A stretch of DNA of 63,715 nt, counting the filler, from Octopus bimaculoides (taxonomy: Eukaryota): assembly GCF_001194135.2 (NCBI RefSeq). It is 4 parts of 4 records of this genome, joined end to end, with 100 filler letters (N's around TTAATTAATTAA, not from the genome) between each part and the next. Parts side by side here need not be neighbours in the genome. Positions count along the whole stretch, not along the records: positions 1 to 21,672 come from NC_068982.1; 3 more parts are not named here. One strand, given 5' to 3'. The translations under genes and the position numbers were made by a program. Positions 1 through 11,549 of this stretch are shown piece after piece; position 1 is the first letter of the stretch, and each line of letters opens with the position of its first letter. Below the pieces are notes generated by a model. That model was not told the origin of the DNA. It searched no databases and saw only the letters and a list, made by a program, of their open reading frames with translations.

Positions 1-447
1 ATATATATATATATATAGTTATGGTATATTCTGCTAAGAACGTAGTGGAGTACAGTATAAAGCTTTTCCACCTTCAGATTTACTTTGTGCTATCCAGTAG
101 TAGTTTTCCATGTACTTCCTGGTTTGCATTTGGGCATTTTTCATGTGTGAATATATAATTGAAACAAGAAGGGGTATGGTTGGACATTTATTTTTTAATC
201 ACTACAATTGTTTCCATGCAACATAGTTCTCTAGGTGTGCAGGTACTTCATTATGAAACTGTGTCCCTGCATTATGAGATCTAGTTGTGTTACCTCAGGC
301 AATATGTAAATATTGTCTCCATAAGTTTAAAATCCTCAGCTTCAAAAACATCATGACTAAAAAATAAATGTCCAACTGTAGCCCTTCTTGCTGACTCCAG
401 TTTTTTCAATTATATATATACACATATATATTTATATATATTTATAT

Positions 448-785
448 CATCATCATCATCATCGTTTAACGTCCGTTTTCCATGCCAGCATGGGTTGGAC
501 AGTTTGACTGAGGTCTGGAGAGCCAGCGGCTGCACCAGACTGCAATCTGATCTAGCAAAGTTTCCACAGCTGGATGCTCTTCCTAACGCCAACCACTCCA
601 AGAGTGTATTGGGTACATTTTATGTGCCACTGGCACAAGAGCCAGTAAGGCAGGCCTGGCAACGATCATGTTCGGATGGTGCTTTTTATGTGCCACCAGT
701 ACAGGACCCAGTCTGGGGGTACTGGCATCAGCCACATTTGGCTGGTGCTTTTACGTGCCACCAGCACAGGAGCCAATCAGGCGGA
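448..785 (-). mobile_element. RTE-type LINE 3' tail/3'UTR fragment (older copy)
   Basis: Reverse complement of the 3'UTR that follows the RT ORF at 6030-7440. It has a CCATGC-CA-GCATGG hairpin, a (CAT)n terminus and repeated TTTTATGTGCCAC modules. Confidence 0.8.
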
Positions 786-801
786 CCTATATTGATATAT
801 T

Positions 802-956
802 GGTTGGCGTTAGGAAGGGCATCCAGCTGTAGAAACTCTGCCAAATCAGATTGGAGCCTGGTGTAGCCATCTGGTTTCACCAGTCCTCTGTCAAATCGTC
901 CATCCCATGCTAGCATGGAAAGCGAACATTAAACGATGATGATGATGATGATGATA
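802..956 (+). mobile_element. RTE-type LINE 3' tail (young copy)
   Basis: Runs GGTTGGCGTTAGGAAGGGCATCCAGCTGTAG...CCATGCTAGCATGG...(GAT)n and is nearly identical to the copies at 16040 and 63425. Confidence 0.85.
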
Positions 957-1634
957 TNNNNNNNNNNNNNNNNNNNNNNNNNNNNNNNNNNNNNNNNNNN
1001 NNNNNNNNNNNNNNNNNNNNNNNNNNNNNNNNNNNNNNNNNNNNNNNNNNNNNNNNNNNNNNNNNNNNNNNNNNNNNNNNNNNNNNNNNNNNNNNNNNNN
1101 NNNNNNNNNNNNNNNNNNNNNNNNNNNNNNNNNNNNNNNNNNNNNNNNNNNNNNNNNNNNNNNNNNNNNNNNNNNNNNNNNNNNNNNNNNNNNNNNNNNN
1201 NNNNNNNNNNNNNNNNNNNNNNNNNNNNNNNNNNNNNNNNNNNNNNNNNNNNNNNNNNNNNNNNNNNNNNNNNNNNNNNNNNNNNNNNNNNNNNNNNNNN
1301 NNNNNNNNNNNNNNNNNNNNNNNNNNNNNNNNNNNNNNNNNNNNNNNNNNNNNNNNNNNNNNNNNNNNNNNNNNNNNNNNNNNNNNNNNNNNNNNNNNNN
1401 NNNNNNNNNNNNNNNNNNNNNNNNNNNNNNNNNNNNNNNNNNNNNNNNNNNNNNNNNNNNNNNNNNNNNNNNNNNNNNNNNNNNNNNAAACTGGTTATTT
1501 CTCAAAATACAATGTTTATATACCAAAAAGATTTTATAACATTTTTATAACATTTTTCTTACATTTTTCTGACATAATTTAAATATATACTTTAACCATG
1601 TAACACAAGCCTTCTGTAGTTTTTTCACTCTTAT

Positions 1635-1677
<43 letters not shown>

Positions 1678-1799
1678 GGTATATAATACATATTCATACA
1701 CACACATACACACACACACATACACACACATACACACACACACACACATATATATATATATTTATAAATATATATATATATCAGTCACCATACTAAATC

Positions 1800-1965
1800 T
1801 ACACATTTTTTTATTCTCTCTGCTTATTTTCTCTTCTTCCTTTCTGTTGAAGAGCTTTGGCTCGAAACATATAAGACTTTCTCATTTTCTCAAATGTCAA
1901 ACTAATACACCTGCTTGTTGTTCATACACCTGTCTTCGTCCTTTGTTTTTCTGTGAATTTCAACT
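1800..1965 (+). mobile_element. Penelope-like terminal-repeat fragment with decayed hammerhead-like motif
   Basis: Same family as 23075-23330 in the opposite orientation: CTTTCTGTTGAAGAGC..GCTCGAAAC followed by ACACCTGTCTTCGTC. Confidence 0.55.
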
Positions 1966-2850
1966 ATGTATGTGTGTGTGTGGTGGTAGTGGTGGTTGTG
2001 GTGGGTATAGGTATATATATGTGCATGTGTATGTGTGTATGCGTCTGTGTCCTTGTCTTGACATTGACTGACAGCTGTAAGCAAGCATCACGATGTAGTG
2101 TCCTACATTTCCAATTATTCATAAAAATATGTTCAGCCATCGTGACATATTACCTGGCTTGGTTACAGGAGGGCGGTTGGCAATAAGTAGGCAATCTAGC
2201 CAGAGAAAAATCTGCCTCTGCAAATATCATCATACTCATGTCAGCATGGAAAAGTAGGCATTAAAATGATAATGACGATGACAGTGGTGGGGTGGGGAGA
2301 TGAATCACTTAATGAATAATGATGTATATATGACTTCTTAGCACATTCCTGCACTCTGAAACTTGGATGGTATTCACAAGATTTTTACCCTCGCTGCTTC
2401 ATCTGCATATAGTGATTTAATTCCATTTTGACAAAAGAACGCTCTTGATTACATTTACAATACTACTTTGCTTTCAAATCTTTTTCTAGAAGATTCATGA
2501 ATGCTTGAATTTGATAATTTAATAAGTACAATTCACTTTAAAAGTATCATATAAAATACTTTCCAGTTGTAATTACATGATTAATGCAGGCATACCCTGA
2601 CTAGCATTGGTAATTGGTTCCAAGACATGATGACAACTCAAAAAATTATGTAAGATGATAAAACATTTTAAAAACTTTATTACATTATATCAGCTTTAAT
2701 AAATGGTTTGTACATATTTCCACAAGAATTTTTGATTTTTCACTTCAGTATTGGTCTTTAAATGTTTAATTTTTATGCTTTTAAATTTTCACTGAGACCA
2801 ATATACTGTTGAATAAATCAACTGAAGTTGAGGCCTATTTTTTTCCATTA

Positions 2851-3225
2851 GGTGCAGGTGTGGCTGTGTGGTAAGTAGCTTGCTTCCCAGTCACGTGCTT
2901 CCGGTTTCAGTCACGTGCTTCTTTAGCCTCAGGCCAACCTAAAGCCTTGTGAGTGGATTTGGTAGACAACAACTAAAAGAAGCCCATCATGTATATATGC
3001 ATATATATCTATCTGTGTTGTCCCACCACCACCTCACAATAACTGGTGCTGGTGTGTTTACGTCCCTGTAACATAGCAGTTTGGCAAAAGAAACCAATAG
3101 TATAAGTAACAGACTTAAAAAACGAAGTACTGGGGTCAATACATTTGACAAAACTTCTTCAAGGCGGTGCCCCAGTGTGGCCACAGTCTAATGGCTGAAA
3201 CCAATAAAAAAAAGATAAAAGATAA
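2851..3225 (+). mobile_element. tRNA-headed SINE (octopus OR-like, tail type A)
   Basis: Head GGTGCAGGTGTGGCTGTGTGGTAAG, core AAAGCCTTGTGAGTGGATTTGGTAGAC, central (TA)n and tail CCCCAGTGTGGCCACAGTC..AAAAGATAA. Many homologous copies occur in the window. Confidence 0.8.
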
Positions 3226-3359
3226 ATTTCTTAAAAAGTCAAAAATGACGTAACTCAAAACAGTGTAAGTTAAGGTACACTTATACAGTTGTTTTCAATA
3301 CATTATATTATGAATTCTTTTAAAGTGTAACTTCTAAATGCAGAATTTATTCTTTTCAG

Positions 3360-3438
3360 TCATCAAAGTCACAGCTGGAGTAATTGGTGGCATCATGATT
3401 TTGACTTTTATAGTAGTTGGCTACATAACTCACAAAAG
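3360..3438 (+). CDS. Internal exon encoding a transmembrane helix of an unidentified membrane protein
   Basis: Acceptor ttattcttttcAG and donor AG|GTAAGT. The 79-bp phase 1-to-2 exon translates (x)IKVTAGVIGGIMILTFIVVGYITHK(R): a 19-20 aa hydrophobic stretch followed by a basic stop-transfer. Confidence 0.75.
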
Positions 3439-4010
3439 GTAAGTAAACTCAATTACATATTAGAGTATCAAAGCATGTTTCTGAATTCAAATGAGACAGT
3501 ATCAAAACATGCGAATTTAATTAAGCTAAATGACCTACACCATGTGATTGAGATAGTGTTTTGAATTGTTATTCAATGTTTTGATATTTTGCCAAAAAAA
3601 TATAAGCAAAACAGAAGGCAGAAAGCCACAGCAATGCTGAATGAAGAGATCATCATCATCATCATCATCCATGTTCCATGCTGGTGTGGGTTGGATGGTT
3701 TGATAGGATCCAGTTTCTACAGCTGGATGCCCTTCCTAATGCCATCCACTTTACAGAGTATGCTTCTTTTTTTTTTTTTGTGGCACTCACACTAGTGATG
3801 ATCATACTGCAACTTGGAAGTCTGTGGCCTTAAGGTGGTTCCTATATATATATATCTATATCAACTTAATATACAATTGCAAAATAGTTACTAATATTTT
3901 CATGTTTTTATGACACTTTATATTGGCAGATTTATAAAACACACCATATGTATTAAGGCAATCTTTCAGATTTTATCAATTTAAAGTATTATAAAGGCAT
4001 GGACCTATTA

Positions 4011-5898
4011 CCGTAAATTCCAGGCTATAAGCCGCTACTTTTTTCCCACACTTTGAACATTCCAGCCAATACTATGGTGCGACTAATGCATGTTATTTTT
4101 TGTCATGCCGCGAAAAACATTTTACCTCGCAACAGTAGACCAATCAAATTGATGAGTAGGTCACAGAGGTCCATTGAAATTGTATGATAAATCAAGAGCA
4201 CTTTCACAATTCAATTACCAGTATTGTAAAGCTGTCATTTGTATTCACCCTCATCAATATGGAAAACACTTGAAGAAAAGCATATGATGCAGCTTTTAAG
4301 TTGAAGGCGATCAATCTGGCAGTTGAAGAAGGAAATCAAGCTGCTGCACGTAAACTTGGCATAAATGAATCGATGGTAAGACGGTGAAGACGCCAGCAGG
4401 AAGAACTGAGTCAGTGCAAAAAGACGAAAGCTTTCAGAGATAACCATAGCAGATGGCCTGAACTTGAATACTTTCTTGAAGACTGGGTTAACACATGGAG
4501 AGCAAGCAGCTGTGGTGTTTCCAACGTGCAGATCAGACTGAAGGCTAAAATAATCGCAACCCAAATGAAAATCGAAGATTTTAAAGGTGGGCCATCATGG
4601 TGTTTTAGATTTATGAGAAGAAAAGGCCTCTCCGTCAGGGCACGCATGACTTTGTGTCAGCAGCTCCCTCCCGACTACAAGGAAAAGCTTGTTAACTTTT
4701 GCACATTCACTCAAACAAAGATAGCAGAGAATTCCATGGAGCCAGAAAATATCAGAAATATGGATGAAGTAATGTTGATGTTTGACCTGCCTCCCACTCA
4801 GACTGTTAATAAAAAAGGTGACTCATCCATCCCACTGAAAACAAGTGGCCATGAGAGAATGCATTTTACCTGTGTTCTGAGCTGCACAGCATCCAGACTA
4901 AAGCTTCCACCAATGTTGATTTTTAAGCGGCTGACAATGCCAAAGGAAAAATTCCCAAAAGAAATCATGGTGAAAGTCAATAAGAAAGGTTGGTTGATGG
5001 AGAGCCCAATGAAGGATTGGCTCAAAGAGTGCTATGCCAAGTGATCTGGGGGATTTTTTCACACAAAAAAAGCATTGCTCGTTGTGAACAGCATGAGGGC
5101 CCAATATAACAGATTCAGTGAAAGCTGCCATCAAGAGTACAAACTCAATTCCAGCTGTGATTCCTGGGGGCACCACTAAGTATTTGCAACCACTGGACAT
5201 CAGTGAGTGGGAGGATTGGATGACGAGTGGCAAGAAATCCTTCACCAAAACAGGCTGCATGCGAAGAGCATCTTTCACTCAAGTCTGCCAGTGGATCCTA
5301 AATACGTGGAGCCGTATCAAAACATCCACCATCACCAATGGGTTTCGAAAGGCTGGACTGCTGCGTGATGAAGAGGACCGTGTGTGCTCAAGTGAGTGAC
5401 AAGATCCTGAGGCTGTTCAATTCGGACACTGAAGAAGAGGAGTTTGATGGTTTCAGTGCGCAGGAAGAAGATGAAGAAGGCGATCAATGACTTTTGACCT
5501 GGTAGGCTGCAGTGTGTGTATAAGCAGATGTTAAACGATGATGATGATGATATACTGGTCGTTAGGAGGAATGTTGTTTGTGCACTGTTCTCTAAAAAAG
5601 CATAAGCAATGTAATTTGTGTGTTACTGATACTCACATATATTTAAAGGTAGTTGTTTAAAGGCATTGTTCAAAAAAAAGCATTTGCAATGTGTTTGTTC
5701 ATGTTACCATACGGATTAGATTAAAAGTTAAAAAATCCTCACGTGTAATATCTTTCTGTGTAAATATCTCATATTACAACATTAGACACCTGCAGCTTAA
5801 AATCCGGTGCAGCCTGTACAAGTACAAAATTGATTTTCTTTCTAAAGTTAGACCGTGAGGCTTTTAATCAGGTGTGCTCTGTAGTCCGGAATTTACAA
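4011..5898 (+). mobile_element. pogo DNA transposon (POGK-like/Passer type), near full length, inactive
   Basis: TA target duplication at 4009-10 and 5899-900. TIRs CCGTAAATTCCAGGCTATAAG and revcomp TTGTAAATTCCGGACTACAGAG flank an internal transposase. Confidence 0.92.
4259..5490 (+). pseudogene. Disrupted pogo transposase (Brinker-like DBD, Tc5/CENP-B HTH, DDE_1)
   Basis: Readable motifs: MENT*RKAYDAAFKLKAI..., GGPSWCFRFMRR, NMDEVMLMFD, GWLMESPMKDW, PGGTTKYLQPLDIS and an acidic C-terminal tail. It has several stops, a frameshift and a short in-frame deletion after LDIS. Confidence 0.9.
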
Positions 5899-6029
5899 TA
5901 GTAGCTCTTTTGTAATTGTCTATTAAATTGATATTTATCTCTCACAGGATGGAGTATTTTCTTTTCATTGATTCTACTTACATCTATATATATACATATA
6001 TATATATAAATATATATATATAAATAATC

Positions 6030-7440
6030 AGAACTAGAGAAGAAGTTTCAAGTATGGAAGCAAGGTCTAGAACCGAAGTGCCTTAGAGTTAATCTAGCAA
6101 AAACCATAGCCTTAGTAAGTAGGAAAGCAGACAAATCACAAATCCTTTCAGGTACATGGCTCTGCTTGATCTTTAGAAGCAGCATAGGTAAAAACTCCAT
6201 AAGATGTACCCAGCGTAAGCTATGAACACATACGAAGTGCAGCAATATCAGAGGAAAGTTAACAGGGAAAATAGTTTTGGTATGTGGAAGTTGCATAGGT
6301 ACAATTAACACTAAAAATGTACAGAAAATAGACTCCATCAAATATCAGGGGGGAAGAATAGAAGTAGCTGATAGCTTCTGTTACCTAGATGACCAGTCAG
6401 TAGTGTAGGTGGATGCTCCGAAAGTGTAGCTGCTAGGATAAGAATAAGCTGGGCAAAGTTCAGAGAGCTCCTACCTCTATTGGTAACAAAGGGTCTCTCC
6501 CTCAGAGTGAAAGGCAGACTTTATGATGCTTGTGTATGAACAGCCATGCTACACAGCAGTGAAACATGGGCAGTAACTGCCAAGAACTTGCATAGGCTTA
6601 AAAGAAATGAAGCTAGTATGGTTCACTAGATGTGTAATGTCAGTGTACATACTCGATAGAGTGTAAGCATCCTGAGAGAAAAGTTGGCCATAAGAGGCAT
6701 CAGATGTGATGTGCAAGAGAGACTGCACTGGTATGGTCATGTGATGCATATGGACAAGGACTGCTGTGTGAAGAAGTGTCACACTCTAATGGTGGAGGGA
6801 AGTTGTGTTTAAGAGGTAGACCCAGAAAGATATGGAACGAGGTGGCAAAGGACGACCTTTGAATATTGGGCCTCATGGAGGCAATGACAAGCAGCCAAGA
6901 CCTTTGGCGAAATGCTGTGCTTGAGAAAACCCATCAAGCCAAGTAAGATCATAATCATGACTGATGCCAGTGTCACATAATTGGTTTGTTAAAAGCACCC
7001 TTCAACTGTTGGGTGATATGTTGTGCTTGTCAAGACCTGTTGAGGTGAGGGAAATTGTAGTTGTGGCCAATGCCACTGCTGTCTGACTGGTACCCATGCT
7101 GGGAGCACATAAAAAGCACCATTCAAGTGTCAGGCTTCATGGAGGCAGTGACAGGTGGCTGGGACCTTTGACAATATACCGTGCTCTCGTATAGACCTGT
7201 CAAGCCAAGTGAGACCATAGTCGTGGCTGATGTCAGTGTCAGATCAATGGCACCTGTGCTGGTGGCATGTAAAAAATAGCAACAATACTCTAGGAGTGGT
7301 TGACATTAGGAAGGGCATCCAGATGTAGAAATCTTGCCAATTCAGATTGGAACCTGGTGCAGCTCCCTGGCTTACCAGTTTTCAGTCGAACTGTCCATCC
7401 CATGCCAACATGGAAAACATACATTAAATGATGATGATGA
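6030..7440 (+). mobile_element. RTE-clade LINE, 5'-truncated and decayed
   Basis: Translates to ELEKKFQVWKQGLE..LRVNLAKT, IRISWAKFRELLPLLVTKGLSLRVKGRLYDACV and LHWYGHVMHMD. A modular 3'UTR and (GAT)n tail follow. Confidence 0.88.
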
Positions 7441-7513
7441 TACATACACACAGACACACACAAACACATATATATTTATATATCTACATGCATACTTACA
7501 TACATATATATAT

Positions 7514-7548
<35 letters not shown>

Positions 7549-7699
7549 NNNNNNNNNNNNNNNNNNNNNNNNNNNNNNNNNNNNNNNNNATATATATCAG
7601 AGGTGACTCCAGGCCATCAGTATCACTTGGGCTCCTCCCAGATTTCGTCACTCGGGCTCATCATGGATTTCGCATAAGACACTTACCTGCTCGAAGAAT

Positions 7700-7885
7700 T
7701 TCATATTTTAACGCAATATTTTATTCTGTTACTCATTTCAGTCATTTGACTGCAATGATGCTGGAGCACCACCTTGAAGGGTTCTAATCAGACAGATTGA
7801 TCCCAGGATAAATTGTTTAAGCTTAGTACTTATTCTATCAGTCCCTTTTACAGAGCCGCTAAGTTACAGGGATGTATATGTATAT
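7700..7885 (-). mobile_element. SINE tail-A fragment
   Basis: TTTCAGTCATTTGACTGC..GCTGGAGCACCACC..GCCGCTAAGTTAC is the reverse complement of the SINE tails at 8880-9010. Confidence 0.7.
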
Positions 7886-7889
7886 ATGT

Positions 7890-8644
7890 ATGTCTGTGTG
7901 TGAGTTTATGCGACATAATAAAACACAATGTAAGACAGGCCGTCATGTAAACAAAATAGTGTATATGTACAAATATATATATGTGAATGCAAGAGATACA
8001 GAGTATAGATAAGAGTCAGTAACACGGATAAGGAAATACCAGTTCTGTTAAGGTACACAGTAGTTAGAAAGTCTGTATATAAGAGGTTAAGGTTGAGGCA
8101 GAGCTAAGTCACTTGTCGTGCAGTTGAGGCTTCGATGCCGGGCCGGATTCTTGATACAGATGTTCTTCGCAGGTTGAGTTCTGGTTATTAATTTCGTGGT
8201 GAAGCGATTCACACAAACAGGGTTGAGAAGAGAAGCTGCGGTTGCTTGTGTACGTGGAGAAAATCGTGTTGACGTTGGGGACGAGGATTGTAGTAAACAG
8301 TTGAACGATGCTGTTGATGTCGTCGCTGGAACTGGCTGGTTGTGTTATGTGTGTGGTCTACGACCAGATCTTAGAAGATGTGAAGCCGCAACAAATTGGC
8401 ACGGGTTAAAGCAGGCTATTTATAGGTACAAGGAGGCTCCAGAAAGCATCAGAAAAACACTCTCTCACGTGACCTTATTAGATGGCCAAGATTGGCCGGT
8501 TTGCATCCTGGCTCAAACAGACTGGAGACAATTGCCGCGAAAATAAAAGTCAGTCAGGTCGTGACACAGCAAGGCGGGAAAGAGTTGTTACCTGCTACAT
8601 TCGCATTTGTAAATAAATAACCGTGAGAGAAGTGGTTTCACTAC
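7890..8644 (-). mobile_element. Probable solo LTR
   Basis: About 750 bp of CpG-rich non-coding sequence inside a (TG/TA) microsatellite. The minus strand starts TGTAGTG and carries TATAAATAG. The other end and the TSD are obscured by the microsatellite. Confidence 0.4.
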
Positions 8645-8739
8645 ATATGTGTTTGTGTGTGTGTGTGTGTGTGTGTGCATGCGCATGAGTGTGTGTGTGT
8701 ACTCACATGTGCGTGTGTGTGTACTCACATGTGCGTGTG

Positions 8740-9349
8740 TGTCTGTGCATGTTAAGAAGCTTGCTTCCCAACCACATGGTTCTGGGTTCAGTTCCACTAC
8801 ATGGTACCTTAAGCAAGTGTCTTCTACTACAGCCTCAGGTCAAACATTGCTTGACACCAATGTTAGTGTGTTTACACCTCCGTAACTTAACAGTTCAGCA
8901 AAAGAGACTAATAGAATAAGTACTAGGCTTACAAAGAATAGGTCCTGGGGTCAATTTGCTTGACTAATGGTGGTGCTCCAGCATGGCTGCAGTCATACAA
9001 CTAAAACAAGTAAAATAATATATACGAGTGGCTGTGTGGTAAGTAGCTTGCTTACCAACCACATGATTCCGAGTTCAGTCCCACTGCATGGCACCTTGGG
9101 CAAGTGTCTTCTACTATAGCCTCGGGCCGCCGAAAGCCTTGTGAGTGGATTTGGTAGACAGAAACTGAAAGAAGCCCATCGTATATATGTATATGTATAT
9201 ATATATGTGTGTTTGTGTGTCTGTGTTTGTTCCCCCAACATCGCTTGACAACCGATGGTGGTGTGTCTACATCCCCGTAACTTAGCGGTTCAGCAAAAGA
9301 GACCGATAGAATAAGTACTAGGCTTACACAGAATAAGTCCTGGAGTCAA
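8740..9349 (+). mobile_element. Two tandem tRNA-headed SINEs (tail type A)
   Basis: Repeated GCTTGCTT(A/C)CCAACCACATG..TTCAGT..CCACT..GCAAGTGTCTTCTACTA head/core. The second copy (about 9030-9349) is nearly intact and runs into the gap. Confidence 0.85.
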
Positions 9350-10215
9350 NNNNNNNNNNNNNNNNNNNNNNNNNNNNNNNNNNNNNNNNNNNNNNNNNNN
9401 NNNNNNNNNNNNNNNNNNNNNNNNNNNNNNNNNNNNNNNNNNNNNNNNNNNNNNNNNNNNNNNNNNNNNNNNNNNNNNNNNNNNNNNNNNNNNNNNNNNN
9501 NNNNNNNNNNNNNNNNNNNNNNNNNNNNNNNNNNNNNNNNNNNNNNNNNNNNNNNNNNNNNNNNNNNNNNNNNNNNNNNNNNNNNNNNNNNNNNNNNNNN
9601 NNNNNNNNNNNNNNNNNNNNNNNNNNNNNNNNNNNNNNNNNNNNNNNNNNNNNNNNNNNNNNNNNNNNNNNNNNNNNNNNNNNNNNNNNNNNNNNNNNNN
9701 NNNNNNNNNNNNNNNNNNNNNNNNNNNNNNNNNNNNNNNNNNNNNNNNNNNNNNNNNNNNNNNNNNNNNNNNNNNNNNNNNNNNNNNNNNNNNNGCATTA
9801 TGTATGTATGTATGTATGTATGTATAAATTCTGCTTATTCATGTGTTTGTGCGTTCATGTTTATTTGTATGTGCATGTGTGTGTGTGTGTGTGTTTGTAT
9901 GTATGTGTGTGTGTGTGTGTTTGCTTGTGTACTTCTGTCTCCTTGTTTGAGTGTGTCTATGTGTATGGGTTTGTGTGACTATGTACGTGTGTCTGTTATG
10001 TATGAATGTCTTCATATGTGTCTTTGTGTGTGTGTGAAGTCTGCATGTATGTATATGGTCATGTGTTCCAATCTTCATTTGTGTACGTATGTGTATGTGT
10101 GTGTGCTTGTCTGTCCGTATTGCCTATGTACCTATCTATTTATCTATCTGTTTACCTACAAATCCATTTACCTACACACACACACACATACACACACATA
10201 TAATTCTACATAACA

Positions 10216-10901
10216 ACCTATTAACAACACTACCTGTATATATATAAACCATGGGTATTGGGGTATGACTACCTTCTATGTATATTTCCTATTTAGTACT
10301 GGGGATGTTTCGTTTATGGGGACGTACTCCTGTGTTTGTCTGAGTATGGAGAGTTCTCCATACTCTGCCAACATACCAAAGACCAACGTGGAGGCACACA
10401 GGATCAACTTGACATCCGCATTTTATCCAAGCACCCGAAGGACCCAACACTCAGGCAAACACAGGAGTACGTCCGCATAAATGAAACATCCCCAGCAGTG
10501 GTGGACTGGGTCTAAAAGTATTGGTTGCCAGGAAACAAAAGGGGGCCCACCTGCAACTACAAGAGGGCCCAGCCACAACTATAGCGCTATCATTTATTTA
10601 TTTTTTCTTTTGTTAAAAGTATTCTTTTCAATTGTCTACAAACACAGCCAGGCTAAAATAATTAATGCATTCTTCCAGGTGTGAATAAAAATTCTCAAAC
10701 TCGAGGAGATGGACCCCTTAGATACTAACATGGGCCCCCATATATGGATTCTAATGGCACAGGGGCCCATTTGCCATTGGGCAAGCTGGCAACCTGGCCA
10801 GTTCACCACTGATCCCCAGTACTAAGTAGGAAATATACGTATACGTAGGTGGTCATACCCCAATACCCACAGTTTATATATACACAGAGTTGTTAGTAAG
10901 T
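10216..10901. mobile_element. Non-autonomous element with >110-bp TIRs (MITE, superfamily unassigned)
   Basis: 10234-10345 is the inverted complement of 10449-10495 plus 10812-10887 (GGGTATTGGGGTATGAC..GTACTGGGGATGTTTC..GGACGTACTCCTGTGTTTG). Confidence 0.8.
10496..10811. mobile_element. hAT-type MITE nested in the right TIR of the previous element
   Basis: TIRs CAGTGGTGGACTGG and CCAGTTCACCACTG. Perfect 8-bp TSD ATCCCCAG at 10488-95 and 10812-19. Confidence 0.9.
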
Positions 10902-11513
10902 GGATATGTAGACATGTGTGTGTGTGTGTGTGTGTGTGTGTNNNNNNNNNNNNNNNNNNNNNNNNNNNNNNNNNNNNNNNNNNNNNNNNNNNNNNNNNNN
11001 NNNNNNNNNNNNNNNNNNNNNNNNNNNNNNNNNNNNNNNNNNNNNNNNNNNNNNNNNNNNNNNNNNNNNNNNNNNNNNNNNNNNNNNNNNNNNNNNNNNN
11101 NNNNNNNNNNNNNNNNNNNNNNNNNNNNNNNNNNNNNNNNNNNNNNNNNNNNNNNNNNNNNNNNNNNNNNNNNNNNNNNNNNNNNNNNNNNNNNNNNNNN
11201 NNNNNNNNNNNNNNNNNNNNTACAAGAATAAGGGCAGGGAATCGTCAATTAATAATAGAATTAATAATTAACAATTTTGCCAAGTAGTTCAGTATGAAAA
11301 AACCTTTATCGGTAAAACCATTTATCATCATAAATATACAGGGATTAGCATTGAGTTGCTTCTCCAACATACTGAAAATTTAGAAATAGCAGTCAAAGAA
11401 CTACTGATTCTAAACTACAAATTTTTCTCTAAACGGATGGCGATATTTATGGCACACATAGAACAAAAAACCGGAGGGAAAAGCGTAAACAAAACAAGTC
11501 TTTAGTTAATTGG

Positions 11514-11549
<36 letters not shown>

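Noticed and set aside
6950-7300. Repeat-spacer-like modules in LINE 3'UTRs resembling a CRISPR-style array
   Set aside because: The units are degenerate tandem duplications within a eukaryotic retrotransposon UTR, and the intervening sequences are homologous to each other rather than unique spacers.
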